From Cupriavidus necator (GTDB lineage: Bacteria; Pseudomonadota; Gammaproteobacteria; Burkholderiales; Burkholderiaceae), in contig NZ_CP066019.1 in the NCBI RefSeq assembly GCF_016127575.1, forward strand, positions 1,350,001 through 1,382,000: a stretch of 32,000 nt of DNA, in the 5' to 3' direction. Shown piece by piece: positions 8,806 to 16,834 of the stretch. A program made the translations under genes and the position numbers. Within the stretch, counting starts at the first letter, position 1; every line of letters starts with the position of its first letter. A model generated the notes under the pieces. That model made no database searches. It was not told where the DNA came from and saw only the letters and a list, made by a program, of their open reading frames with translations.

Positions 8806-9711
8806 ATGCCCATCGATATCCGCGCGCTGCGCTATTTCGTCGAGACTGCCCGGCTGCGCAGCTTTACCCAGGCCGCGGCCTCGCTGTTCGTCACCCAGTC
8901 GACCATCAGCAAGATGGTCAAGCAGCTGGAGGACGAGGTCGGCCAGCCGCTGCTGATCCGTGAAGGCAAGAGCGTGCGGCTGACCGACGTGGGCCGCGTG
9001 GTCTACGAGCGCGGGCAGGAGGCGCTGGGCGTGGTGCACCGGCTCACGCTGGAGGTGTCCGACCTGTCCTCGCTGGGCCGGGGGCAGCTGACCGTGGGGA
9101 TCCCGCCGATGGTCAACCTGTTCTTTTCACCGGCGGTCAGCGCGTTCCGGCAGCGCTATCCCAACCTGTCGCTGACGCTGGACGAGCACGGCGGCCAGGT
9201 GGTGGAGCAGCTGGTGGCAAGCGGCGAGCTGGAGGTCGGCGCCACGGTGCTGCCGGGCGACAGTGGCCTGGCGCTGGAAACGCGCCAGTTCGGCCGCTAC
9301 CCGATCTGGGCCGTGGGGCCGCGCAAGGCCGCGTGGGCGCGCGGGCGCACCGTCACGCTGGCGGCTCTGCGCGATGAGCCGCTGGTGATGCTGACAGATG
9401 ACTTCTCGCTGACGCGCATGCTGCGGCAGGCGTTTCTGGAAGCACGCATCGAGCCGCGCGTGGTGGCGCGCAGCGGGCACTGGGATTTCCTGGCATCGAT
9501 GGCGGCGGCGGGGCTGGGCACTACCTTCCTGCCGCAGCCGCTGGCTGAGCGCCTGCAGGGCCAGGACACACTGGCCATGGCGCGGCTGACCGCGCCGGCA
9601 ATGGACTGGACCATGGCGCATATCTGGTCGCCGGGACGTTACCTGTCGCATGCGGCGCGGGCATGGCTGGCGGTTTGCGAAGAGGTGCTTGGGGGCGGAA
9701 AGGGATCTTGA
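8806..9711 (+). CDS. LysR-family transcriptional regulator (divergent from the efflux operon; AaeR-like position)
   Basis: 301 aa. wHTH reads IRALRYFVETARLRSFTQAAASLFVTQSTISKMVKQLEDEVG. Confidence 0.92.
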   Translation: MPIDIRALRYFVETARLRSFTQAAASLFVTQSTISKMVKQLEDEVGQPLLIREGKSVRLTDVGRVVYERGQEALGVVHRLTLEVSDLSSLGRGQLTVGIPPMVNLFFSPAVSAFRQRYPNLSLTLDEHGGQVVEQLVASGELEVGATVLPGDSGLALETRQFGRYPIWAVGPRKAAWARGRTVTLAALRDEPLVMLTDDFSLTRMLRQAFLEARIEPRVVARSGHWDFLASMAAAGLGTTFLPQPLAERLQGQDTLAMARLTAPAMDWTMAHIWSPGRYLSHAARAWLAVCEEVLGGGKGS

Positions 9712-9732
9712 ACCGGCGCGCTTGCGGCGGCC

Positions 9733-10311
9733 TCATTTCTTCAGGCACTGGTCCGGCAGGATATCGAGCAAGACCAGCGATTTCTGCCCGGCCACGTAGT
9801 GGTAGCGCAGCCTGACCCCCAGCTTGCCGAGCACCGGCACATCCGGGTTGCGGCAGATGCCGCGCTCCAGGATAGGCTTGGCCGTCGCCATGAACTCGCG
9901 GGTATCGTCACGCGCCGCATCCACCCCCGAAACCTTCAGCTGGAACTCGACGATCTTGCCCGGCCGCGTCATGCAGCCGTCGAAGCGGGTGGTGTCGTCC
10001 AGGTCCACCGGGCCGGCGCGCATCAGCTCCTGGCAGGCCATGCGCAGCTCACGGTCGACATCGCCCGCGGTCAGGCGGGTCACGCCGTTCATGCCCGTAG
10101 GCTTGCCGCGCACCGTGCCCAGCAGCAGCGTGGCCAGCCCGGACAGTTGCGGGGACGGCGCAGGCGTGGCGGCCACGGTGGCGGAAACGGCAAGTGGCCC
10201 GGCCAGCAGGGACAGGCCCAGGCACACAGCGGCATTGCGCAAAGGATGGTGGTCGGGGACGGCGGGGGCAGCGGGGGCAGGGCGCATGACGCAACGGGAA
10301 CAGGATTGCAT
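9733..10311 (-). CDS. hypothetical exported protein with four conserved-looking Cys
   Basis: The hydrophobic stretch AAVCLGLSLLAGPLAVSATVAA suggests a signal peptide or anchor. The start is uncertain (10311, or ATG at 10287). No family recognised. Third-position GC is consistent with coding. Confidence 0.55.
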   Translation of the reverse strand: MQSCSRCVMRPAPAAPAVPDHHPLRNAAVCLGLSLLAGPLAVSATVAATPAPSPQLSGLATLLLGTVRGKPTGMNGVTRLTAGDVDRELRMACQELMRAGPVDLDDTTRFDGCMTRPGKIVEFQLKVSGVDAARDDTREFMATAKPILERGICRNPDVPVLGKLGVRLRYHYVAGQKSLVLLDILPDQCLKK

Positions 10312-10468
10312 GGGGTTCGCGCTGCTACTTTAGCCTTGGCGCCTTGCCGCCGTTGTCAGGCGTTGTCCTACGGCGCAACGGTGGCTTGCCCTGGCGGCCG
10401 CGGCATGCCAGTGAAGGAGAGCGTAGAATCCGGGTCGCCAAGACCTGATCGAAGTCCCGAGTCCCGCC

Positions 10469-10975
10469 ATGTCCGTGCAGATCCGCCCAGAAGCACCGTC
10501 CGACGCCGACGCCATTGCCCGGCTGACCACCGCCGCCTTCCTGACGGCGCCGCATACCAGCCACACCGAGGCGTTCGTGGTCAATGCGCTGCGCCGCGCC
10601 GGCCAGCTGACGGTGTCGCTGGTGGCACAGGCAGGCGATGAACTGGTGGGACACGTCGCGATTTCGCCGGTTACGGTCTCATCCGGCGCGACCGGCTGGT
10701 ACGGACTGGGCCCGATCTCGGTGGCGCCGGACCTGCAGGGGCAGGGCATTGGCTCGCAACTGATGCGCGCGTCGCTGGACCAGCTGCGCCGCCTTGGCGC
10801 CGCCGGCTGCGTGGTGCTGGGCGATCCCGGCTACTACGGCCGCTTCGGCTTTGCCGCGCGGCCCGGGCTGGTGCTGGACGGCGTGCCACCCGAGTACTTC
10901 CAGGCACTGGCGTTCCACGGCGGCTATCCGGCGGGCAGCGTGCAATACCACGACGCCTTCAACGCCACCGCCTGA
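10469..10975 (+). CDS. GNAT-family N-acetyltransferase (YhbS-like)
   Basis: 168 aa. The acetyl-CoA motif is LGPISVAPDLQGQGIGSQLMRASL (Q/RxxGxG/A), with the C-terminal GDPGYYGRFGF typical of the YhbS-like subgroup. Confidence 0.85.
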   Translation: MSVQIRPEAPSDADAIARLTTAAFLTAPHTSHTEAFVVNALRRAGQLTVSLVAQAGDELVGHVAISPVTVSSGATGWYGLGPISVAPDLQGQGIGSQLMRASLDQLRRLGAAGCVVLGDPGYYGRFGFAARPGLVLDGVPPEYFQALAFHGGYPAGSVQYHDAFNATA

Positions 10976-10986
10976 CGGGCGGGCGC

Positions 10987-13329
10987 TCAGAGCTCCAGCA
11001 CCAGCCGGCCGCCGCCACAGGCGCGCGAGCAGCACGCCATCATGCGCTGGTTGGCCTCGCGCTCGCTGCGCGTGAGCACCACGTCGCGATGGTCGACCTG
11101 GCCGGCCAGCACGCGCACCTCGCAGGACCCGCACAGGCCTTCCTCGCAATCGCTCTGCACATCGATATTGGCGCCGCGCAGCGCGCTCAGCAGGGTCTGG
11201 CCGGCCGGGACTTCCATGACCAGGCCGGAGTCCTTCAGCTCGACGGAAAAGGGCAGTTCCTTCGACGCATCCAGCGTGCCCAGCTTCGATACGAAGTGCT
11301 CCACTCGCAGCGCATCTTCCGGCCACGCCGCGCAGCTCTCGGCCAGCGCATCCAGCATGCGCTGCGGGCCGCAGGCGTAGATCTGGGTGCGCGGGTCCGG
11401 CCGCGCCAGCAGCTTGCCGAAGTCGGCGCGCTGGCCTTCATCGCTGGCGTGGACGTGCAGCCGCGCACCGTGCAGGGCCTGCAGTTCATCCAGCATCGCC
11501 ATCGCCTGGCGCGAACGGCCGCAGTAGTGGAATTCGTAGTCGATGCCAAGCGCACGGGCGCGCCGCGCCATCGCGCTGACCGGCGTGATGCCGATGCCGC
11601 CGGCGATAAAGATCGCGCGTCCGCAGCCTTCATCGAAGCGGAAGTGATTGCGCGGCCCGCGGATGCGCAGGCGGTCGCCGGCCTGGACGCTGCCATGCAC
11701 CCAGGCCGAGCCGCCGCGGCTGTCGGGGTCGCGCAGCACGGCAATTTCCAGCGCCCCGGTGTCGTCCGGATCGCCGCACAGCGAATACTGGCGCGACAGC
11801 CCGGTATCGCCGCATTCCACGTCGATATGCGAGCCCGGCGCCCAGCGCGGCAGCGGCTTGCCGTCAGGCGCCGCCAGCCGCAGCCGGACCACGCCGTCGG
11901 CGGCGGGCGTGACGCGCTCGACCACCACCGTGCGGGCGATGGTGTGCGCGGACGGTTCGCCGATGCGCACCGGCTGGTGCACCTCGAGCAGGGCCGGGTC
12001 GCGGCGCTCGGGGTTCTGCGCGGGGTCCCATTCCACCAGCAGGTGCTCAGGGCCGCGGAACGAGGTGTTGGGCACATAGGTGAAGGTCTGCTCGGCCAGG
12101 CGCATATGCGGCAGCCGGCGTGTCAGCTCCTCCAGGAAGACCTGCATCTCCATGCGCGCCAGGTTCTTGCCCATGCACTGGTGCGAGCCGTAGCCAAAGG
12201 TCAGCTGTTCGCTGGCGTTGTCGCGGCGGATATCGAACAGGTCGGCATCGGCGAAATGGCGCTCGTCATGGTTTGCCGAAGACGTGACGATCAGCAGCTT
12301 GCTGCCCGCCGGCAGGCGGATGCCGCCGACCTCGGCGTCGCGCGTCACCAGCCGCCGCCATGCGGCGACGGAGCCGTTGTGGCGCAGGCATTCTTCCACC
12401 GCGTTGGGGATCAGCGATGGGTCGTCGCAGATCTCGCGCCATGCATCCGGATGCTGCAGCAGCAGCTTGATGGCATTGGCCGAGGCGTTGGCGGTGGTCT
12501 CGTGCGCGGCAACGATGCCGGCCATCATCATCGAATGCAGGTAGGAGTCGGTGACGACATCGGGCAGTTCTTTCTGCTTGCGCAGGCCGTACTGCATCCA
12601 GCCCGGGCCGGACGGGTCCTCGCGCATCTTGTCCAGGATGCGGCCCGCCAGCTGCCAGAAATTGCCCACGGCATGCGCCACCGCCACCTGTTCCTCCGGC
12701 TTCGGCCGGCCCCAGGTGTTGACGGTATGGGCGATGGAGTACTGGCGCAGCAGGTCCATGTCCTCTTCGGGCACGCCCAGGAAATGCAGGGCCACGGTCA
12801 GCGGCACTTCCCACAGCATCTGGTCGACCAGGTCGGCGCGGCCATCGTCGATAAAGCGGTCGACATACTCGCGCGCCAGGCGGCGCACCAGCGGCTCATG
12901 GTGCGCCAGTTCCGCGGGCGTGAAGGGCGCCATCAGCGCGCGCCGGCGCGGCATGTGGGCGGGCTCGTCCTCGTTGACCAGCGTGCGGTTCATGGCATAG
13001 CCATAGGACGCCAGCACGGCATTGGCCTCGTCGCCGGTGGGCGTGATCTTCTCCAGCGCGATCGACGGGCTGAAGGTCAGGTTGTCGCGGAAGATCGCCT
13101 TGATGTCTTCATAGCGCGTGACCACCCAGTAGCCCAGCCTGGGGCTGTAGAACACCGGCTCCTGCTCGCGCGACCAGCGCACGTATTCGGGCGGATCCTG
13201 CTGGTAGCCGTCGCCGAAGGGATCGAATTGCGCCGCGTTGTGGCTGACCGGGCAGCCGTTGGGCGCGGTCAAGGCGCTGTGGTCGATCGGGCAGCCGCTG
13301 CGCGCGGCGCTGGGGGAGGGGTTGGCCAT
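10987..13329 (-). CDS. self-sufficient cytochrome P450 fused to a phthalate-dioxygenase-reductase-type FMN/NAD(P)H/[2Fe-2S] domain (CYP116B-like, class VII)
   Basis: ATG at 13329 lies 8 nt after AGGAG, giving 780 aa. The track start at 13404 runs into the tctC stop. I-helix MMMAGIVAAHETT. ExxR in EECLRH. Heme loop FGYGSHQCMGKNLA, with the Cys codon at 12175-12177. Reductase part: RQYSLCG (FMN), IFIAGGIGITP (NAD(P)H), and CEEGLCGSCEV...ACCSR (plant-type 2Fe-2S). Confidence 0.93.
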   Translation of the reverse strand: MANPSPSAARSGCPIDHSALTAPNGCPVSHNAAQFDPFGDGYQQDPPEYVRWSREQEPVFYSPRLGYWVVTRYEDIKAIFRDNLTFSPSIALEKITPTGDEANAVLASYGYAMNRTLVNEDEPAHMPRRRALMAPFTPAELAHHEPLVRRLAREYVDRFIDDGRADLVDQMLWEVPLTVALHFLGVPEEDMDLLRQYSIAHTVNTWGRPKPEEQVAVAHAVGNFWQLAGRILDKMREDPSGPGWMQYGLRKQKELPDVVTDSYLHSMMMAGIVAAHETTANASANAIKLLLQHPDAWREICDDPSLIPNAVEECLRHNGSVAAWRRLVTRDAEVGGIRLPAGSKLLIVTSSANHDERHFADADLFDIRRDNASEQLTFGYGSHQCMGKNLARMEMQVFLEELTRRLPHMRLAEQTFTYVPNTSFRGPEHLLVEWDPAQNPERRDPALLEVHQPVRIGEPSAHTIARTVVVERVTPAADGVVRLRLAAPDGKPLPRWAPGSHIDVECGDTGLSRQYSLCGDPDDTGALEIAVLRDPDSRGGSAWVHGSVQAGDRLRIRGPRNHFRFDEGCGRAIFIAGGIGITPVSAMARRARALGIDYEFHYCGRSRQAMAMLDELQALHGARLHVHASDEGQRADFGKLLARPDPRTQIYACGPQRMLDALAESCAAWPEDALRVEHFVSKLGTLDASKELPFSVELKDSGLVMEVPAGQTLLSALRGANIDVQSDCEEGLCGSCEVRVLAGQVDHRDVVLTRSEREANQRMMACCSRACGGGRLVLEL

Positions 13330-13344
13330 GCTGCGTACTCCTGG

Positions 13345-13380
13345 CGAAAAACAGGGCCGTCCGGTCAGGGCCGGACGGCC
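13345..13380 (-). terminator. intrinsic-terminator-like hairpin plus T-run between tctC and the P450 gene
   Basis: Perfect 10-bp stem GGCCGTCCGG (13355-13364) / CCGGACGGCC (13371-13380) with a 6-nt loop. On the minus strand it is followed by CTGTTTTTCGCC (13345-13354), which runs straight into the P450 AGGAG. Confidence 0.6.
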
Positions 13381-13400
13381 ATTCGGTGTTGCGGCCGGAC

Positions 13401-14387
13401 TCAATTGTCCAGCGTGATCTTCAGGTCGCGGATCAGCTTGGTCCAGCGGGTGGACTCGCTGCGCAGCAGCTCGCTGAACTGAGACGGCGAGTTGCCGACC
13501 GGCTCAACGCCGAAGTCCACCAGCCGCTTGTTGACAGCGGGCTCGCGGATTGCCGCGACCACATCCTTGTTCAGCGTGTTGACCACCTCCGGCGGCGTGC
13601 CCGCCGGCACCACCATGCCCACCAGCGCGGCAGCTTCCACGCGCGGGTAGCCCAGTTCGGCAAAGGTCGGCACGTCGGGCAGCTGCGGCAGCCGGGTGGC
13701 ATTGGCCACCGCCAGCGGCCGGACCTTGCCGCCCTTGATAAAGCCGGCGCCGGCAGCGTAGTCCACCATCATCGCCACCACCTGTCCGGCGGCCACGTCC
13801 GACAGCGCCGGCGCGGCGCCACGGTAGGGGGCATGCGTCATCGACAGGCCGGCTTCCACCTTCAGCAGCTCCATCGCCAGGTGGTGCGGGCTGCCCGCGC
13901 CGGCCGAGCCGTAATTGATGCCGCCCTGGGTGGCCTTGGTCTGGGCGATGAATTCCTTGGCGCTCTTGACCGGGCTGGCCGCGCCGACCACCAGGATCAT
14001 CGGGAAGCGGCCCAGCAGCGTCACCGGAGCCAGGTCCTTGCCAGGGTTGTAGGAGAGCGATTTGTACAGCACCGGGTTGAACACCAGCGTGCCGTTGTCG
14101 GCCGACAGCACGGTATAGCCGTCGGCGGCCGAGCGCGCCGTCTCGGCCGCGCCGATGGCGGTATTGCCGCCCGGCTTGTTGTCCACCACCACCGGCTGGC
14201 CGACCTTGGCCGACAGCCCCTGGCCGATGGTCCGCGCCAGGAAGTCCGAGCCGCCGCCGGCGGCGTAGGGGACGATCCAGCGGATCGGCTTGGCAGGGTA
14301 GGCGTCGGCGGCATGCGCGGGGGCGGCGGCCAGCATCGGCAGGGCCAGTGCGCCAATGGCCAGGCGCTTGAAGTTGAGGCGGGGCAT
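13401..14387 (-). CDS. Bug-family (TctC-like) tripartite tricarboxylate transporter substrate-binding protein
   Basis: 328 aa. Signal peptide ending PAHA-AD, then YPAKPIRWIVPYAAGGGSDFLARTIGQGLSAKVGQPVVVDNKPGGNTAIGAE, the hallmark Bug/TctC N-terminal block. AAGGAGA lies 10 nt upstream. No tctA or tctB is nearby. Confidence 0.92.
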   Translation of the reverse strand: MPRLNFKRLAIGALALPMLAAAPAHAADAYPAKPIRWIVPYAAGGGSDFLARTIGQGLSAKVGQPVVVDNKPGGNTAIGAAETARSAADGYTVLSADNGTLVFNPVLYKSLSYNPGKDLAPVTLLGRFPMILVVGAASPVKSAKEFIAQTKATQGGINYGSAGAGSPHHLAMELLKVEAGLSMTHAPYRGAAPALSDVAAGQVVAMMVDYAAGAGFIKGGKVRPLAVANATRLPQLPDVPTFAELGYPRVEAAALVGMVVPAGTPPEVVNTLNKDVVAAIREPAVNKRLVDFGVEPVGNSPSQFSELLRSESTRWTKLIRDLKITLDN

Positions 14388-14447
14388 GGGGGCTTGTCTC
14401 CTTGTTGGTCAGCCCGGTGTACGGCACCGGTGTTTCTATTTCGCGTA

Positions 14448-14473
14448 AATCATATACGCATTGCGTAATGATT
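14448..14473. promoter_or_regulatory. candidate IclR operator: AATCAT-a-TACGCA-t-TGCGTA-ATGATT palindrome
   Basis: A perfect 6-1-6 palindrome TACGCAtTGCGTA (14455-14467) is flanked by the inverted AATCAT/ATGATT arms. It lies in the AT-richest part of the tctC/iclR divergent intergenic region. Confidence 0.4.
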
Positions 14474-14535
14474 GAATGCGGGTTAACCTTGAACTGTCCT
14501 GCAGCGGCCGCATGGCTTGATCCGCCTTCCATGTG

Positions 14536-15405
14536 ATGACCGCTCACCGTTTGCCGGATCTTCCCGCCATGCCCCGACCGAAAGCTGCCCAACCTCCGAT
14601 CGAACCCGCCGACGCGCCCCGCACGCGCGAACGCCGCCAGCGCGTGCAATCGGCGGTCACCGGCATGGCCGTGCTCAAGGGACTGGCCCGGCTGGGCGGA
14701 CGCGCCAGCCTGACCGCGCTGGCCGCGCATATCGACGAAAGCCCGGCCAAGGTGCACCGCTACCTGGTCAGCCTGGTGGAAGAGGGGCTGGTGGCGCAGG
14801 AGACGGGCACGCAGCAATACCACCTGGGCTTCGAGGCGCTGCAGATCGGCATGGCGGCGATGCGCCAGGCCGACCCGATCCGGCTGGCCGAAGCCTCGCT
14901 GGTACGCCTGCGTGAAGCGCTGGAGGTGACCTGCTTTGTCGCGGTGATGGGCAACAAGGGGCCGACCATCATGCGCTTTGAGGAACCGGGTTTGCCGGTG
15001 ACGGTGAATGTGCGCGCGGGCTCGGTGATGCCATTGCTGTGGTCGGCCACCGGGCGCGTGTTCCTGGGCCTGCTCGATGAAAAGCGCGTGCATGCCCAGG
15101 CCGAGGAGGAGCTGGCCGCGGCAAGTCCGGCGCGGCTGGCGTTGCTCGATGGCAAAGACCCCATCGGTGCGCTGCGCCGCGCGGTGCAGGCCGACGACTG
15201 CGCCTGGGTGCGCGACACCAACCTGACCGGCATCAGCGCCGTGGCGGCGCCGGTGCGCGACTACACCGGGCGCGTCTGCGCAGTGCTGACGGCGCTGGGC
15301 GCCACCGGCGGCTTTGATCCCGCCATCGACGGGCCCATCGGCAGCGCCGTGCGGCGCGAGGCGCGCGCGGTCAGCACGGCGCTGGGGTTCAACCCCGGGG
15401 CCTGA
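14536..15405 (+). CDS. IclR-family transcriptional regulator
   Basis: HTH region VQSAVTGMAVLKGLARLGGRASLTALAAHIDESPAKVHRYLVSLVEEGLV, plus a C-terminal IclR effector domain (...AVAAPVRDYTGRVCAVLTALG...). The start is uncertain: GTG 14533, ATG 14536 or ATG 14569. Confidence 0.88.
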   Translation: MTAHRLPDLPAMPRPKAAQPPIEPADAPRTRERRQRVQSAVTGMAVLKGLARLGGRASLTALAAHIDESPAKVHRYLVSLVEEGLVAQETGTQQYHLGFEALQIGMAAMRQADPIRLAEASLVRLREALEVTCFVAVMGNKGPTIMRFEEPGLPVTVNVRAGSVMPLLWSATGRVFLGLLDEKRVHAQAEEELAAASPARLALLDGKDPIGALRRAVQADDCAWVRDTNLTGISAVAAPVRDYTGRVCAVLTALGATGGFDPAIDGPIGSAVRREARAVSTALGFNPGA

Positions 15406-15592
15406 TCCGATCGCTCAGCGGGTGAAGCCGCCATCGGCCAGCAGCGAACGGCCGTAGCCAGCGCTACTGTGTTGCCGGCCTGACCGGACGCAGGCTCGTA
15501 CAAGCGATGACCGAGATTGCGCTCGATTTCCTGTTCAGATCAGCAGTCTGGCGGAGGCGCAGCGGAATTTTACGAATCCGGGCCAATCCTCC

Positions 15593-16810
15593 TTATGCCA
15601 CCTCGCGCAGCGCGGTTTCGCGCGGCATGGCAGCATCGCCAACGTGCCGCACCGACGGATACCCCGCCGCAAACACCAGCCTCCCGCCAGACCAGGTATG
15701 CGTGACCATCGGCTGGCCTGCCACGCCGGACACGGCGATCACGTCCGCGCGCAGCCCCGGCGCCAGGCGCCCGCGGTCGTCCAGCAGGCAGGCGTCGGCC
15801 GGATTGACGGTGACCAGCGCCAGCGCCTGGTTCAGCGGCAGGTCGGCCAGGCGCGCGGCGGCATACGCGGCGGCGATCAGCGTGGACGGCTGGTAGTCCG
15901 AGCACAGGATGGTGCCCACGCCGGCGTGAATGGCGTCGATGGCGCGCATCGAGCCGCTCTGGCTCTTGCCGCGCAGCACGTTGGGCGCGCCCAGGATGGT
16001 CGGCAGCGCCTGGGCGCACGCGGCTTGCGCGGTTTCCAGGTTGATCGGGAACTCGCTCATGCGCACGCCCAGCGCGCGCATGGCGGCGATGCGCTGCGGC
16101 GAATCGTCGTCATGGCTGGCGGTGGGGATGCCCAGCGCATGCGCCCTGGCCACCAGCCGGTTGACACGCTCATGCGCGCCTTCCAGCGCGGCGGCCTTCT
16201 TGTCGGCCGCATCGGCGGCTTGCTCGCGGCTCATGCCGTGGTTGCCCATCATGTAGGCCAGGTAGGCATCCATGGTCTTGAACTGGCCCTGGCCCGGCGA
16301 GTGGTCCATCACGGACAGCAGGTCGACCACGCCCTCGGCCATCAGGGATTCCAGCACCGGCACGGCGCTGGAATCGGTGACTTCGTAGCGGCAATGGATG
16401 CGGTTGTCGACCAGGCTGTGGCGGCGATACGCGGCCAGGGTGCGCACCAGCGTGGCCGCGGTATCGACATTGCGCACGCCGAACTGGTTGCCCGCGAACG
16501 ACAGCGCGTGGTACGGCGTGGTGATGCCGGCCGCGGCGTTGCGGCGGTCGACCTGAGCCACGGCAAAGTCCAGTGGGAACAGCACGCTGGCGCGCGGTTC
16601 GACTTCCTTCTCGATGGCGTCGCAATGCACGTCGACCAGGCCCGGCATCACGGAGTGGCCATGCAGGTCGATCACGGTGGCGTGGGTGGGGACCGCTGCG
16701 GGTGCCGGTTCGATGGCGGCGATGCGACCATCTTCGATCAGCAGCGCGCTGTCGTGCAGCACGCGGTCCGGCAGCACCAGGGTGGCGTGCGTCAGGTAGG
16801 TAGCAGACAT
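15593..16810 (-). CDS. phnM: alpha-D-ribose 1-methylphosphonate 5-triphosphate diphosphatase
   Basis: 405 aa amidohydrolase-fold protein. ...VMPGLVDVHCDAIEKE... and ...LCSDYQPSTL... match the PhnM pattern. It is the last gene of the phnG-M string, and GGAG precedes the ATG. Confidence 0.9.
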   Translation of the reverse strand: MSATYLTHATLVLPDRVLHDSALLIEDGRIAAIEPAPAAVPTHATVIDLHGHSVMPGLVDVHCDAIEKEVEPRASVLFPLDFAVAQVDRRNAAAGITTPYHALSFAGNQFGVRNVDTAATLVRTLAAYRRHSLVDNRIHCRYEVTDSSAVPVLESLMAEGVVDLLSVMDHSPGQGQFKTMDAYLAYMMGNHGMSREQAADAADKKAAALEGAHERVNRLVARAHALGIPTASHDDDSPQRIAAMRALGVRMSEFPINLETAQAACAQALPTILGAPNVLRGKSQSGSMRAIDAIHAGVGTILCSDYQPSTLIAAAYAAARLADLPLNQALALVTVNPADACLLDDRGRLAPGLRADVIAVSGVAGQPMVTHTWSGGRLVFAAGYPSVRHVGDAAMPRETALREVA

Positions 16811-16834
16811 GTCCGGCTCCGTTCTGGGATCAAA

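Noticed and set aside
11089-13482. 797-aa plus-strand ORF
   Set aside because: It is antisense to the P450-reductase fusion, whose heme, FMN, NAD and 2Fe-2S motifs are all intact on the minus strand. This is a shadow ORF.
13504-15093. 529-aa minus-strand ORF spanning tctC and iclR
   Set aside because: It is out of frame with tctC and antisense to iclR. It has no motifs and a Gly/Arg/Pro-rich composition.
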